A DNA stretch of 64,000 bases, from assembly GCF_006345805.1 (NCBI RefSeq), contig NC_043013.1, positions 15,004,001-15,068,000 of the forward strand, written 5' to 3'. Source of the stretch: Octopus sinensis (Eukaryota). How positions within the stretch are numbered: the first letter of the stretch is position 1; the number at the start of each line of letters is the position of its first letter. The position numbers and the translations under genes are program-made. Shown here piece by piece: positions 40,301-48,269 of this stretch. The notes below the pieces were generated by a model. It had not been told where the DNA came from. It saw only the letters and a list, made by a program, of their open reading frames with translations, and did not search any database.

Positions 40301-43300
40301 TAATTAGTGAACACATGCCTGACAGCTGGATATAGCTAGTGAACACATGCCTGACAGCTGGATATAGCTAGTGAACACATGCCTGACAGTTGGATATAGC
40401 TAGTGAACACATGCCTGACAGTTGGATATAGTTAGTGAACACATGTCTGACAGCTGGATATAGTTAGTGAACACATGCCTGACAGCTGGATATAGCTCGT
40501 GAACACATGCCTGACAGTTGGATATAGTTAGTGAACACATGCCTGACAGCTGGATATAGTTAGTGAACACATGCCTGACAGCTGGATATAGCTAGTGAAC
40601 ACATGCCTGACAGCTGGATATAGCTAGTGAACACATGCCAGACAGTTGGATATAGTTAGTGAACACATGCCTGACAGCTGGATATAGCTAGTGAACACAT
40701 GCCTGACAGTTGGATATAGTTAGTGAACACATGTCTGACAGCTGGATATAGCTAGTGAACACATGCCTGACAGCTGGATATAGCTAGTGAACACATGCCT
40801 GACAGCTGGATATAGCTAGTGAACACATGCCTGACAGTTGGATATAGCTAGTGAACACATGCCTGACAGTTGGATATAGTTAGTGAACACATGTCTGACA
40901 GCTGGATATAGTTAGTGAACACATGCCTGACAGCTGGATATAGCTCGTGAACACATGCCTGACAGTTGGATATAGTTAGTGAACACATGCCTGACAGCTG
41001 GATATAGTTAGTGAACACATGCCTGACAGCTGGATATAGCTAGTGAACACATGCCTGACAGCTGGATATAGCTAGTGAACACATGCCAGACAGTTGGATA
41101 TAGTTAGTGAACACATGCCTGATTATGGGGTATGGCTAGTAAACACATCTGATCATAGGATATAGCTAGGGAACATGCCTCTGACAATAGGGTACAGTTC
41201 ATGAAAATGTATCCAATAAAGGAGTATAGCTAACAAAAAGGTATCTTATGGTGGGGTATGTGTCTAATAGTGGAGTATAACTAATGAACATGTATCAGAT
41301 AGTAGGGGATGGAACAGATAAATTACTGGAAATTGAAAGATTTAAGACTCTACACTCTGCACAGAATCACTAATTCCATTTCTCTTCCTCATATGAAGAC
41401 TAGACACTGCAACAACTTGGGTGTCAAAGGAGCATAGATGCTTAATATTTTCAGAGAAAACAAATCTATATAAGCACACATGTTAACACTGACAAGCAAG
41501 TGGACAAATTACTGTGTAAGATTTCTGATTAATCTACAGACATGACAAAAGTATATAGACACCCTATAAAACATGGTTTTATGTTTATTCTAACTTGTAA
41601 GGATTTGTATATTTTATTAATTGACATTTTTATATTTCAGGCTCTATACGTCACTGTTTAATCATGCCATGTGCAAAAGAAACCTTGGAACCTTCTGAAT
41701 TTCAAAGAGACTATACTGTGGGTCAATCTGAAAGTGGACATAGCATAAAATCACAGAAAACCTTGGGATCCTGCTTTCTACAGTTAATAGAGTGATTGTG
41801 CAATTCACCAGAGAGGATGACCAGGGCCCTCTGACAGGACCCTTCTCTTTGTTAAGAGAAGTGTGGAGGATAATCCTCGTTGCAAGGCCTCTGACATAGC
41901 AGAACAAGTTGGTATCAGTCCCAGAACAGCTGTCAGGTATCTCCACAAACTTGGTTACTATGGCAGTGCAGTAAGAAGGAAGCCACTTCTTTGACCAGCC
42001 AATATCAAGTGGAGAAAAGAATGGGCCAGTGAGATGGTGGAGAAGACACTAGCATTTTGGGACATTGTCATATTCTCCAATGATCCCAGATTTGCTGTAT
42101 TTCCTGACAATGGTCAAGTGTCGGTCAGGAAACTCTGTGATTAAGAATTTAACGTGGAAAGATTGCAGCCAACAATGAAACATGGCAGCTATTCTGTGAT
42201 GATCTGGAGAGCAATTTGGAGTAATGGTCAATCAGAGCTAATGGAGTGTGAGGGAAACAAACTCAGATAAATACATGTCCAGATTGCAGAAAGGACTCAT
42301 CCCAATCTTCTCAAGTGGTGAAATGATTAAAGAAGACTCTATATTTAGGGAAGATGGGGCTCCTTGTCACACAGCTAAAATTACCCAAGATTTGTTGAAA
42401 GAGAATGGCATTAAAAAGCTTCCATGGCCAAGCCAGTCACACCAGATATGAACATATGAACCCTATTGAACACCTCTGGGTCATGATGGACAAGACACTT
42501 CATAAAAAGAACAAGGAAGCATCTTCAAAGCCAGATCTTTTGAGATTACTGTATGAAACTTGGCAAGAAATTCCACAAGAGAATATTCATCAAATCAATA
42601 ACATGCCTAATAGGGTCCTTGCATTGAAAAATGCAAAGGGCATGTCTACTAAATATTAAATATTCACATTATAACAATTAATAAATAATTTAAATGTATA
42701 ATTTCAGGTTTGAATAAATTTTAATGATTATAAGGGTGTCTATTTACTTCTGTCATGTCTGTGTACACCATTCCAAGACACTGATGAAGGCAGTGATAAC
42801 AAAATTCATCATTTAACAAATGCAAAGCACAAAACTGTTGATAATGTCCCAGCCCGAAGCCAAAAAAAAACCTAGTAGAAAGATTGCATCTACATGTAAG
42901 TATTTAAATATATGCATCATCATCGTTTTAATGTAACCTTTTCCATGGTTGCATTGGTAGACAAATTTTCTACAATTGAATGCCCTTGTTGCCAACTCAC
43001 ACCTGTTTCCAAGTAAAGTAATATTTTCCCATGGCCAGGCATGCTCTTACAAAATATTTAAAATAAATGACACTCCTTGTGTGACAGTGATAGCCATTTT
43101 ACAAGCATTATATAATACTAGCATTAAAGACCTGTCGTTGCCGGGTCATCGTGCTAGTGCATGTATATATGTGTATATATATGTGTACATATTACATGTA
43201 CATCTATATATATACATCTGCACATGAAATACAAAATACAAAGTTATATCTTGATATCGCTAGTGATAACAATACTCAAAATATATAACAGACTGGAATT

Positions 43301-44544
43301 GTTAGCCCGTCTCTTGTAATTTCAATCAATTGTATCTTGTCCTCCCTCTTGTATAGAAGTGTGGCTACAATCCAGCCTACCTCTACTTCTGGGTGGGGAC
43401 AGGGCATTTTTAATTTTTTTCCGGGACACCCTACGTCCCAGATATAAAGGTAAAAATAAAATATTTCCACTTTGCAAGTTCGAGTCGAGTACTCCCTTGC
43501 ACGCTCTGTTGACTCGAACCTTGCTTCAATTGTGGCGAATTTACCGCCTCTGATTAGATACCTTTCATAGTCACACCAAGACACTTTTCAAAGGTGCTTT
43601 CCTCCATGTGTTCAAATCTTTTTTCTCTACATTGTATACTTTATAGACAATAGTCTTTTCTTTAATTTAATTTCTTATTATCCATCTGGACTATTCCATT
43701 TCTGCATGCTAATTTTATTTTTAATTTATTCCCATTCATGTGAAACCACTTATTCAAGTTCAAATCATTGATGCAATTTTATACCAGTTGCTATTTTTAC
43801 TTTTGTCATGTTACTTTAGTTTGATTTTAATTATTACTTACTACATATAATCCAATTGTTATTATTATTTTTATTGTAAAGTATCTGACATAAAATAGAG
43901 AAACGTTTTTGTTTCACTTTTAACACGTAATACTGAAATAGTGGAGAAGATATGATATTGCTATGGGCTCGCTCTAGGCAAGAAGTTGAACATTTCTTTT
44001 GCCCATGAAACTACATGGACCCTAAGTAAGGCATGTGTAAAATTTGAATGGAATTGGTTGTGTAGTTCTCAAGTTTTAGGGAATCGTAGTGGAGAAGGTA
44101 TGATATTGCTGTGGGCTCGCCCTAGGCAAAAAGTTCAAAATTTTTTTTGCCGATGACACTCCCCAGACCTTACGTAAGGCATATGTAAAATTTGAATGAA
44201 ATTGGTTGTGTAGTTCTCAAGTTTTAGGGAAACACACAGACAGAAACACATTCTCAGTTTTATATATATAAAGATCAATACAAGGAGACATCAACATAAA
44301 CCTACCCACACACACACAACGGGCTTCTTTCAGTTTCTGCCCACTGAATCCACTCACAAAGCTTTGGTTTGCCCAGGGCTATAGTGGAAGACACTGGCCC
44401 AAGGTGTCACACAGGGGGCCTGAACTTCGAACTATGTAGTTGGGAAGCATACTTTTTATTACAAAGCTGTGCCAGCACATATGTGTATATATATGTGTGT
44501 GTGTGTATTGCGTGTGAATGTGTGAGTGTATACGTGTACATCTC

Positions 44545-44578
<34 letters not shown>

Positions 44579-46277
44579 TATATTTGTATATACACACACA
44601 GGTAAGCACATAAGTGGAAAAAAATATTCGAATACCAAAGGTAGAGTAATATGCTTTTATTAAATCTGCAAAATTTTCGTCACAACTGTCAGACGAACGA
44701 GAACGCGAAACTCTGAGTAAGTTTTGTGATAATTCTGCAGCTTTAATTAAAGTATATATAAGGTGCTTCGTTTCCGATATGTTTTTATTGACTATATATA
44801 TATATATATATATATAGTCAATAAAAACATAGCAGCAGAAAAGCACCTTTGGTGACTCTGACCAGAATTTAACCTTTTGTTGTGTGTGTTTATATATATA
44901 TAAAGTATGTCTGTATGCATATGTACGTTTAACTCATTGTAATAAGTTGGTTTTACTAGGAAATTTTTGATTTATCAACGCTAAATATCCAGTTAAAATT
45001 TGTACAACTTCAGCCTCACCCACACACCTTACGTAAAATGAATCAGAGAAAGAAACGGGTCGTTGTCAACAGGTATTATTTATCATGGACAAGCTTTTTG
45101 ACAGATCTCATTAACTTCTTCAGATCGTATGAAGAGAGAATGGGGGTACGTAGGAATTTTTTTATAAGTTTATATATGTGTATATAGGGTCATAAGCGTC
45201 CGCCTGTACACAAACACTTCAGCACGCACACACCTTTCATGTCTACATAAAAGCAAGCAGAACCAAGCTTCCCCCATAGCAACCTGTATCTTCGTTTCTC
45301 TTTCGGTTCGACATGTCAATTTTGCTAAAATTTTTATTTACAAATCTGCCTAATTGTTTTTCGAACACCATAACAATTTAGCTGCATGACAACCTATCTA
45401 AATTCACAAATGTCGTTTTTATTTCTGTCGCTCGTTCATACAACTGTTTGCCTGTCTGTCTATCCTTTGACAATCTATTCCTTTACTACCCACAAAGGGC
45501 TAAACACAGAGGGGACAAACAAGGACAGACAAATGGATTAAGTCGATTACATCGACCACCAGTGCGTAACTGGTACTTAATTTATCGACCCCGAAAGGAT
45601 GAAAGGCAAAGTCGACCTCGGCGGAATTTGAACTCAGAACGTAACAGCATTTCGCCCGGTGTAACTTGATTTAGCTAGTGACGAATCTTGTTTACCGACC
45701 AGCCTCTTTACCCATCTATCAAACAAGTCTTCTCTAAAACTTCTTATCCATCTCTTTTCCTCCGTATCAACGAGTCAAAGGAGCTTCTTCATGGTTGCTT
45801 GATCCGCTAAAAATAACTTCTAAATCTATTTCAAACCCTTCACTGTAGCTTTAAAACAAGCAGAACACCTTGGATAATGCAATAGTTTTAGATATATACT
45901 AAGACTAAATCTGGATTAACAAAATACTGGTTGGTCACAACTAGAACACCTTTAATTATATACCTGTCTGAAGAGGGTTTCCTTGGATTAGACAACACCT
46001 CTGTCTCTATATTAAACTTAAACAGCTTTGTTATTGTGAGTGTATATATGTATATATAACTAGAACACCTTTAATTATATACCTGCCTGAAGAGGGTTTC
46101 CTTAGATTAGACATCTCTGTCTCTATATTAAACTTAAACAGCTTTGTTATTGTGAGTGTATATATGTATATATAACTAGAACACCTTTAATTATATACCT
46201 GCCTGAAGAGGGTTTCCTTAGATTAGACATCTCTGTCTCTATATTAAACATAAACAGCTTTGTTATTGTGTGTGTGC

Positions 46278-46317
<40 letters not shown>

Positions 46318-46548
46318 GGGCTCGTAATTTAAGTAGAAACTAAATTTTTATTTCAGTTCGGGAGGTTACTTAAACATGTTGAAACGAAATAAAACCAAAG
46401 GGGGGAACCGTGGGTAGCTGCTGTCTACTGAACTTCAATTCCAGTTTTCTCTTCCTTCCAATAACATAACAGTTAATATTTTAACATACGTACCAAGTTT
46501 TTGGAAGATTCTTTCAAAGTCCACATCGTCCCGGAGAAGTACGGGCAT
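1528..46548 (-). CDS. RTTN: Rotatin (centriole/cilia ARM-repeat protein), 25 coding exons, 3'-incomplete in window
   Basis: Manually spliced GT-AG exons keep one frame over ~3.68 kb of CDS. Peptides recalled as rotatin-like include [85 protein letters not shown] and RFLQVVP. Confidence 0.93.
1890..2130 (-). mobile_element. LINE (CR1/L2-like) ORF2 3' fragment
   Basis: Translates as [20 protein letters not shown]...VDVFKKQLD, a typical RT C-terminal tail. Confidence 0.55.
2148..3312 (-). mobile_element. Non-autonomous Helitron-like element with internal direct duplication
   Basis: CTAG|T 3' terminus next to a GC hairpin (ACCCAG...CCCGGGGGT); ~150-bp internal duplication (~2800-2950 vs ~3075-3225); ACAAACAAACACAC subterminal tract. 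Confidence 0.55.
3318..3615 (-). mobile_element. tRNA-derived SINE (young, CpG-intact)
   Basis: Head GGAGGCGCAATGGCCTAGTGGTTAGGGCAGCGGACTCGCGG...GGTTTCGATTCCC with A and B boxes, followed by ~220 nt of non-tRNA body. Confidence 0.8.
5689..6754. mobile_element. Fold-back element/MITE with ~320-400 bp imperfect terminal inverted repeats
   Basis: Ends TACTACTTAAGAAGAGTGG / CCACTCTTCTTAAGTAGTA are perfect complements; arms ~5689-6010 and ~6365-6754 align; CA-rich spacer. Confidence 0.85.
7397..7469 (+). tRNA. tRNA-Thr (anticodon TGT), intronic and antisense to RTTN
   Basis: Acceptor stem GCCTCCA/TGGGGGC; D arm TAGCTCAGTGGTTAGAGC; anticodon arm CTGGT-CT TGT AA-ACCAG; T arm GGGAG-TTCGATC-CTCCC; 73 nt. 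Confidence 0.96.
7497..7503 (+). terminator. Pol III oligo-T terminator of tRNA-Thr
   Basis: T7 run ~28 nt downstream of the tRNA 3' end. Confidence 0.75.
7573..8270 (+). mobile_element. CR1/L2-like LINE 3' end with internal ~159-bp tandem duplication
   Basis: Degenerate [27 protein letters not shown]...HGH...[18 protein letters not shown]...FK; ATT-rich tail; 7573-7731 is repeated at 7732-7891. Confidence 0.75.
10005..10232 (-). CDS. RTTN: RTTN exon 24
   Basis: tcag|G...CG|gtgagt; [22 protein letters not shown]. Confidence 0.92.
11501..11698 (-). CDS. RTTN: RTTN exon 23
   Basis: tcag|A...GA|gtaagt; [14 protein letters not shown]. Confidence 0.92.
   Translation of the reverse strand: MQLPIQTSYTSSEYLHLFFGIFHFRSTHAISQRNDSLCLELCLASWYQWPCTIWTDFIHIIRNSC
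12122..12515. repeat. ~79-bp AT-rich minisatellite, ~5 copies
   Basis: Unit AAATATATAAAAATATACACACTTTTTATACAATATAAATATATAAACAGTATATACATACCTTTTACACACAATATAT. Confidence 0.9.
12568..12633 (-). CDS. RTTN: RTTN exon 22
   Basis: tcag|T...AG|gtgtgt; [11 protein letters not shown]; phase 2-2. Confidence 0.82.
13182..13256 (+). ncRNA. Type I hammerhead ribozyme motif (Penelope-like-element type)
   Basis: GTCT-CTGATGA-[TGGAATACC...GGTTATCCCA]-GAAAC-AGCT-GTA-AGAC. Stem I GTCT/AGAC, conserved core, palindromic stem III and GUA cleavage triplet. Confidence 0.75.
13407..13503 (-). CDS. RTTN: RTTN exon 21
   Basis: tcag|TT...GC|gtatgt; [11 protein letters not shown]. Confidence 0.9.
13925..14285. repeat. 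Diverged ~50-bp minisatellite, ~7 copies
   Basis: Recurrent ATGGTAGGGGACAAACCTAACACATTTAAGGAACAGCTGTAG...CTACA. Confidence 0.75.
14791..14920 (-). CDS. RTTN: RTTN exon 20 (NAGNAG acceptor; start 14920 or 14917)
   Basis: ctag|CAG|AGA...CGAG|gtcagt; [13 protein letters not shown]...YYSLLR. Confidence 0.86.
16579..16990 (-). mobile_element. RTE-clade LINE ORF 3' fragment
   Basis: [39 protein letters not shown]...FVGHCCR...AMMDRELW, followed by an (ATG)n tail. Confidence 0.85.
17171..17268 (-). CDS. RTTN: RTTN exon 19
   Basis: ccag|AT...GAG|gtaaac; [17 protein letters not shown]. Confidence 0.88.
17553..17890 (+). mobile_element. Interspersed SINE-like repeat with (GAT)n tail (other copies e.g. 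10480-10970-, 21700-21947-, 29357-29795+, 33625-34037+, 36541-37008-, 56080-56225+)
   Basis: Shared GTGGTTGGCGTTAGGAAGGGCATCCAGCTGTAGAAAC...CCAACCCATGCTAGCATGGAAAGCGGACGTTAAACGATGATGATG, with internal GGTGGCACGTAAAAAGCACC repeats. Confidence 0.8.
18878..18977 (-). CDS. RTTN: RTTN exon 18
   Basis: ctag|GCT...CTTG|gtaagt; VTKVYNIF...[12 protein letters not shown]. Confidence 0.92.
19040..19880 (+). mobile_element. Degraded RTE-like reverse transcriptase fragment
   Basis: Remnants [24 protein letters not shown] and [10 protein letters not shown] (YADD-like), with stops and frameshifts. Confidence 0.7.
20163..20337 (-). CDS. RTTN: RTTN exon 17
   Basis: tcag|A...AAT|gtaagt; [16 protein letters not shown]. 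Confidence 0.88.
20865..21004 (-). CDS. RTTN: RTTN exon 16
   Basis: gtag|TCA...AA|gtaagt; [14 protein letters not shown]. Confidence 0.9.
21416..21532 (-). CDS. RTTN: RTTN exon 15
   Basis: ttag|ATC...CAG|gtaaat; [23 protein letters not shown]. Confidence 0.9.
21583..22016. repeat. 69-bp near-perfect inverted repeat pair enclosing a SINE fragment
   Basis: 21583-21651 is the reverse complement of 21948-22016 with one mismatch seen; a related solo arm lies at ~55051-55125. Confidence 0.88.
22193..22321 (-). CDS. RTTN: RTTN exon 14
   Basis: acag|GAA...AAG|gtattt; [18 protein letters not shown]. Confidence 0.88.
23963..24092 (-). CDS. RTTN: RTTN exon 13
   Basis: tcag|T...AAA|gtaagt; [15 protein letters not shown]. 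Confidence 0.88.
24434..24722. repeat. ~290-bp palindromic fold-back element
   Basis: ~140-bp arms (CATATTCTGTTGTGTCTG...TTTTGA / TCAAAA...CAGACACAACAGAATATG) around a 3-nt loop. Confidence 0.9.
25643..26048. repeat. Inverted-repeat element with ~125-bp arms
   Basis: AGTTAATAAAAGAAAA...ATAAGGAGACCT pairs with AGGTCCCCTTAT...TTTTCTTTTATTAACT. Confidence 0.85.
26145..26254 (-). CDS. RTTN: RTTN exon 12
   Basis: tcag|GAC...TA|gtgaga; [18 protein letters not shown]. Confidence 0.87.
27436..27648 (-). CDS. RTTN: RTTN exon 11
   Basis: tcag|ATC...GTG|gtaagc; [15 protein letters not shown]. Confidence 0.88.
28430..28612 (-). CDS. RTTN: RTTN exon 10
   Basis: ccag|GTG...AAG|gtgagt; 61 codons, phase 0-0. 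Confidence 0.88.
28852..29085 (+). mobile_element. tRNA-derived SINE with 13-bp TSD; most abundant family here (other copies e.g. 21136-21351+, 23022-23253+, 30566-30781+, 45478-45660-, 48600-48815-, 8728-8945-, 51285-51502-, 58080-58790-, 63150-63330+)
   Basis: Head GGCGGCGAGCTGGCAGAA...GAGTTCAAATTCC; core GCCTTTCATCCTTTCGGGGTCGATAAATTAAGTACCAG (resembles the MetaSINE core from memory); TSD TATGTAGCACCTT at 28839-28851 and 29086-29098. Confidence 0.88.
29977..30244 (-). CDS. RTTN: RTTN exon 9
   Basis: gcag|G...ATT|gtaagt; [19 protein letters not shown]. Confidence 0.88.
31768..31986. mobile_element. Mariner-type MITE (second, truncated copy at ~50583-50790)
   Basis: TA-flanked TIRs CAAGGGGATGCTGAAAAGTTC / GAACTTTTTGGCATCCCCTTA. 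Confidence 0.8.
32316..32481 (-). CDS. RTTN: RTTN exon 8
   Basis: acag|AT...AG|gtaagc; Ser-rich, [10 protein letters not shown]. Confidence 0.85.
34175..34355 (-). CDS. RTTN: RTTN exon 7
   Basis: acag|AGT...CCAG|gtcagt; [14 protein letters not shown]. Confidence 0.9.
35834..35948 (-). CDS. RTTN: RTTN exon 6
   Basis: acag|T...CAG|gtaaaa; [24 protein letters not shown]. Confidence 0.95.
37072..37144 (-). CDS. RTTN: RTTN exon 5
   Basis: gcag|GG...AG|gtaagt; [16 protein letters not shown]. Confidence 0.92.
37736..37852 (-). CDS. RTTN: RTTN exon 4
   Basis: tgtag|AT...TTAG|gtaagc; 117 nt, phase 1-1, low-conservation linker. Confidence 0.8.
   Translation of the reverse strand: MQFLPLIHVIHRQPRTTILKEWCMKTVLVQTQQGLNQA
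38265..38451 (-). CDS. RTTN: RTTN exon 3
   Basis: ctcag|CAT...TTTG|gtaagt; [21 protein letters not shown]. Confidence 0.92.
39181..39368 (-). CDS. RTTN: RTTN exon 2 (RTTN N-terminal domain)
   Basis: cag|GACAT...GAG|gtaaga; [24 protein letters not shown]...LLEWFNFP. Confidence 0.95.
39913..41122. repeat. 32-bp tandem satellite, 38 copies, with degenerate flanks (~39410-39912 and 41123-41310)
   Basis: Unit GATATAGYTAGTGAACACATGCCTGACAGYTG, counted at exact 32-nt period. Confidence 0.97.
41537..42761 (+). mobile_element. Defective Tc1/mariner (Tc1 DD34E-type) transposon
   Basis: TIRs TA|CAGACATGACAAAAGTATATAGACACCC and GGGTGTCTATTTACTTCTGTCATGTCTG; frameshifted transposase remnants [37 protein letters not shown] and MNPIEHLW. 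Confidence 0.92.
43118..44274 (-). mobile_element. Non-autonomous Helitron-like element
   Basis: A|TC...CTAG|T termini without a TSD; subterminal hairpin GACC...GGTC; ~148-bp internal tandem duplication (43939-44231); splits a host SINE-like repeat. Confidence 0.7.
45941..46275. repeat. Three tandem ~116-119-bp copies
   Basis: CTAGAACACCTTTAATTATATACCTG... starts at 45941, 46060 and 46176. Confidence 0.92.
46494..46548 (-). CDS. RTTN: RTTN exon 1 ([19 protein letters not shown])
   Basis: ATG at 46548; donor G|GTACGT; phase 1 joins exon 2 to give [10 protein letters not shown]. Confidence 0.85.
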
Positions 46549-46774
46549 ATTTGAGCGAAGAGCTATGTGGAATAATGCAAGCCATGCGCTGCTGACCACA
46601 AGGAGCTGTCTGAACACGCTTCAAAAGCTGCGCCATACGATGGGAAAACGATGAAGAGTTCTACCAAGAACAGTAATTCATTTTTTTATTTTTTTATTTT
46701 TACTTTTGAGAACGAAGGAGAGAAAATTCTGAGATCATGCGATACGGTTTCAAATCCACTCCCGGGGCAATTTA

Positions 46775-47150
46775 TTTGGACGGCAGTTTTTTTTAATAAT
46801 TTCCACGTAACTAAACACTTTTAAACTTCGTATACTGGTAGAATGTGTTTATAAAACATCTTTTTCTCTTGGCTTTATTGAGAAAATTCTATAGTTTGTA
46901 AGATATTTGTTGTTTGTTTTTTCTGCAATTTCAACCAATCAATGACGTCTATTGAGGTGAAAACATTCTGTGCCGTATGAATATGTCCCTCGTTTAAGAA
47001 ACAAATTGGGTTTATTTACATTTCTGAAGAAAAAAGATACCCTCCCCACCCCTAACCCTAAAACAGATTGAAATGCAATAGATCGATACTAGGGTCATAA
47101 TTATGGGTGACAATTTCATATGACACCACTAGAAAAAACTGCTGTTCAAA
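46775..47150. mobile_element. MITE in RTTN upstream region
   Basis: TIRs TTTGGACGGCAGTTTTTT / AAAAAACTGCTGTTCAAA. Confidence 0.7.
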
Positions 47151-48151
47151 CCGAAAAGAACCATATATTTGTTTCTATTAAAGTTTGTATGCAAACAGAA
47201 TTCTAGTTTCGGTACTTCCAAAGTTTCATCCTTATTGCCTTTACGGTCGTTTGCTACTGGCCCAATCGCGAAGACTGCAAAACAGTTTCGTTTTCTGGAG
47301 CAAAGCAATTTTCTTTTTTTATCTGTTTTCATTTTCATGGTTTAGTCAGGAAGAAGGGGCATGGCTTTGCTTATAGATCTACGTCCACAGAGTAGGATTG
47401 ACCTGAGGCCAAATAACAAGCAAAAACAATCGACCAAAAGGAAGATCCAGAATTAGTGAGATTAATGCAGTTTAATGTTCAAATGTCTGCTGGGAAAGCA
47501 CAGAAGGAAAGAAATTCCAGTGGGCTGATGTTCTTGGGAAGGGAAATTGGAAATAGCTTTTCAGTGCAGGGTTTGTGGGTTGGTGAGTGATGAGATGAGG
47601 AAAGAAAGATTTTTTTAAGTGAGCCTGAGAGATGATGTGCAACTAGTTAGTCCTGAGAAGCAGATATTGTTGTAGTTATGGCAGAAGAGACAGTGTGAGG
47701 AGACAATGTATCTATTGACCAAGTGTTGGTGTGTGAGTCATTGTCAGTCAACCAGATGGTCTTTTGTTTTATATGCAACTTAGTCTGTTTTGGAGGTTGC
47801 TAATCTTTTATATGTATGCAAGGCATACTGATGGGGGTCATACAAGTACTAGATTTGATGAGACCCTCAGCTATAAAAAAAAATCTGGCTTACCAGTTCC
47901 TATCAAACTGTCCAACCCGTGCCAGTGGATGTTAAGTGAGGATGATGATGATGATGACATTCTTTGGAATTGCTAGTAATTTAATCTGTGTAGGGACTGC
48001 AATGAGGTTCAACTAGAGAGAGAAAGAGGGGTCTCTGTTTTAAATGCGCATTTCCAACTGCTTATTATCCAGGTTGATTGCTATACATAGTTCACATTAA
48101 GGCACAACTTTTTTTTTTAGTCACCCACTTTAGATGGTTGGTTCTCTGTTG

Positions 48152-48269
48152 CACATTCTACAATCTTCTGTTCTGTATAATCTGTACTCACATTCTACAA
48201 TCTTCTGTTCTGTATAATCTGTACTCACATTCTACAATCTTCTGTTCTGTATAATCTGTACTCACATTC
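48152..48269. repeat. 37-bp tandem repeat, ~3 copies
   Basis: CACATTCTACAATCTTCTGTTCTGTATAATCTGTACT x3. Confidence 0.92.

Noticed and set aside
39913-41122. CRISPR-like array of 32-bp repeats
   Set aside because: Units are head-to-tail with no unique spacers, there are no cas genes, and the context is a eukaryotic intron.
42248-42659. Functional transposase ORFs
   Set aside because: Fragmented by frameshifts and stops, with altered catalytic motifs; a dead Tc1 copy.
45960-46220. CTGAAGAGG motif in the 117-bp triplication as a hammerhead
   Set aside because: No downstream GAAA, stem III or cleavage triplet.
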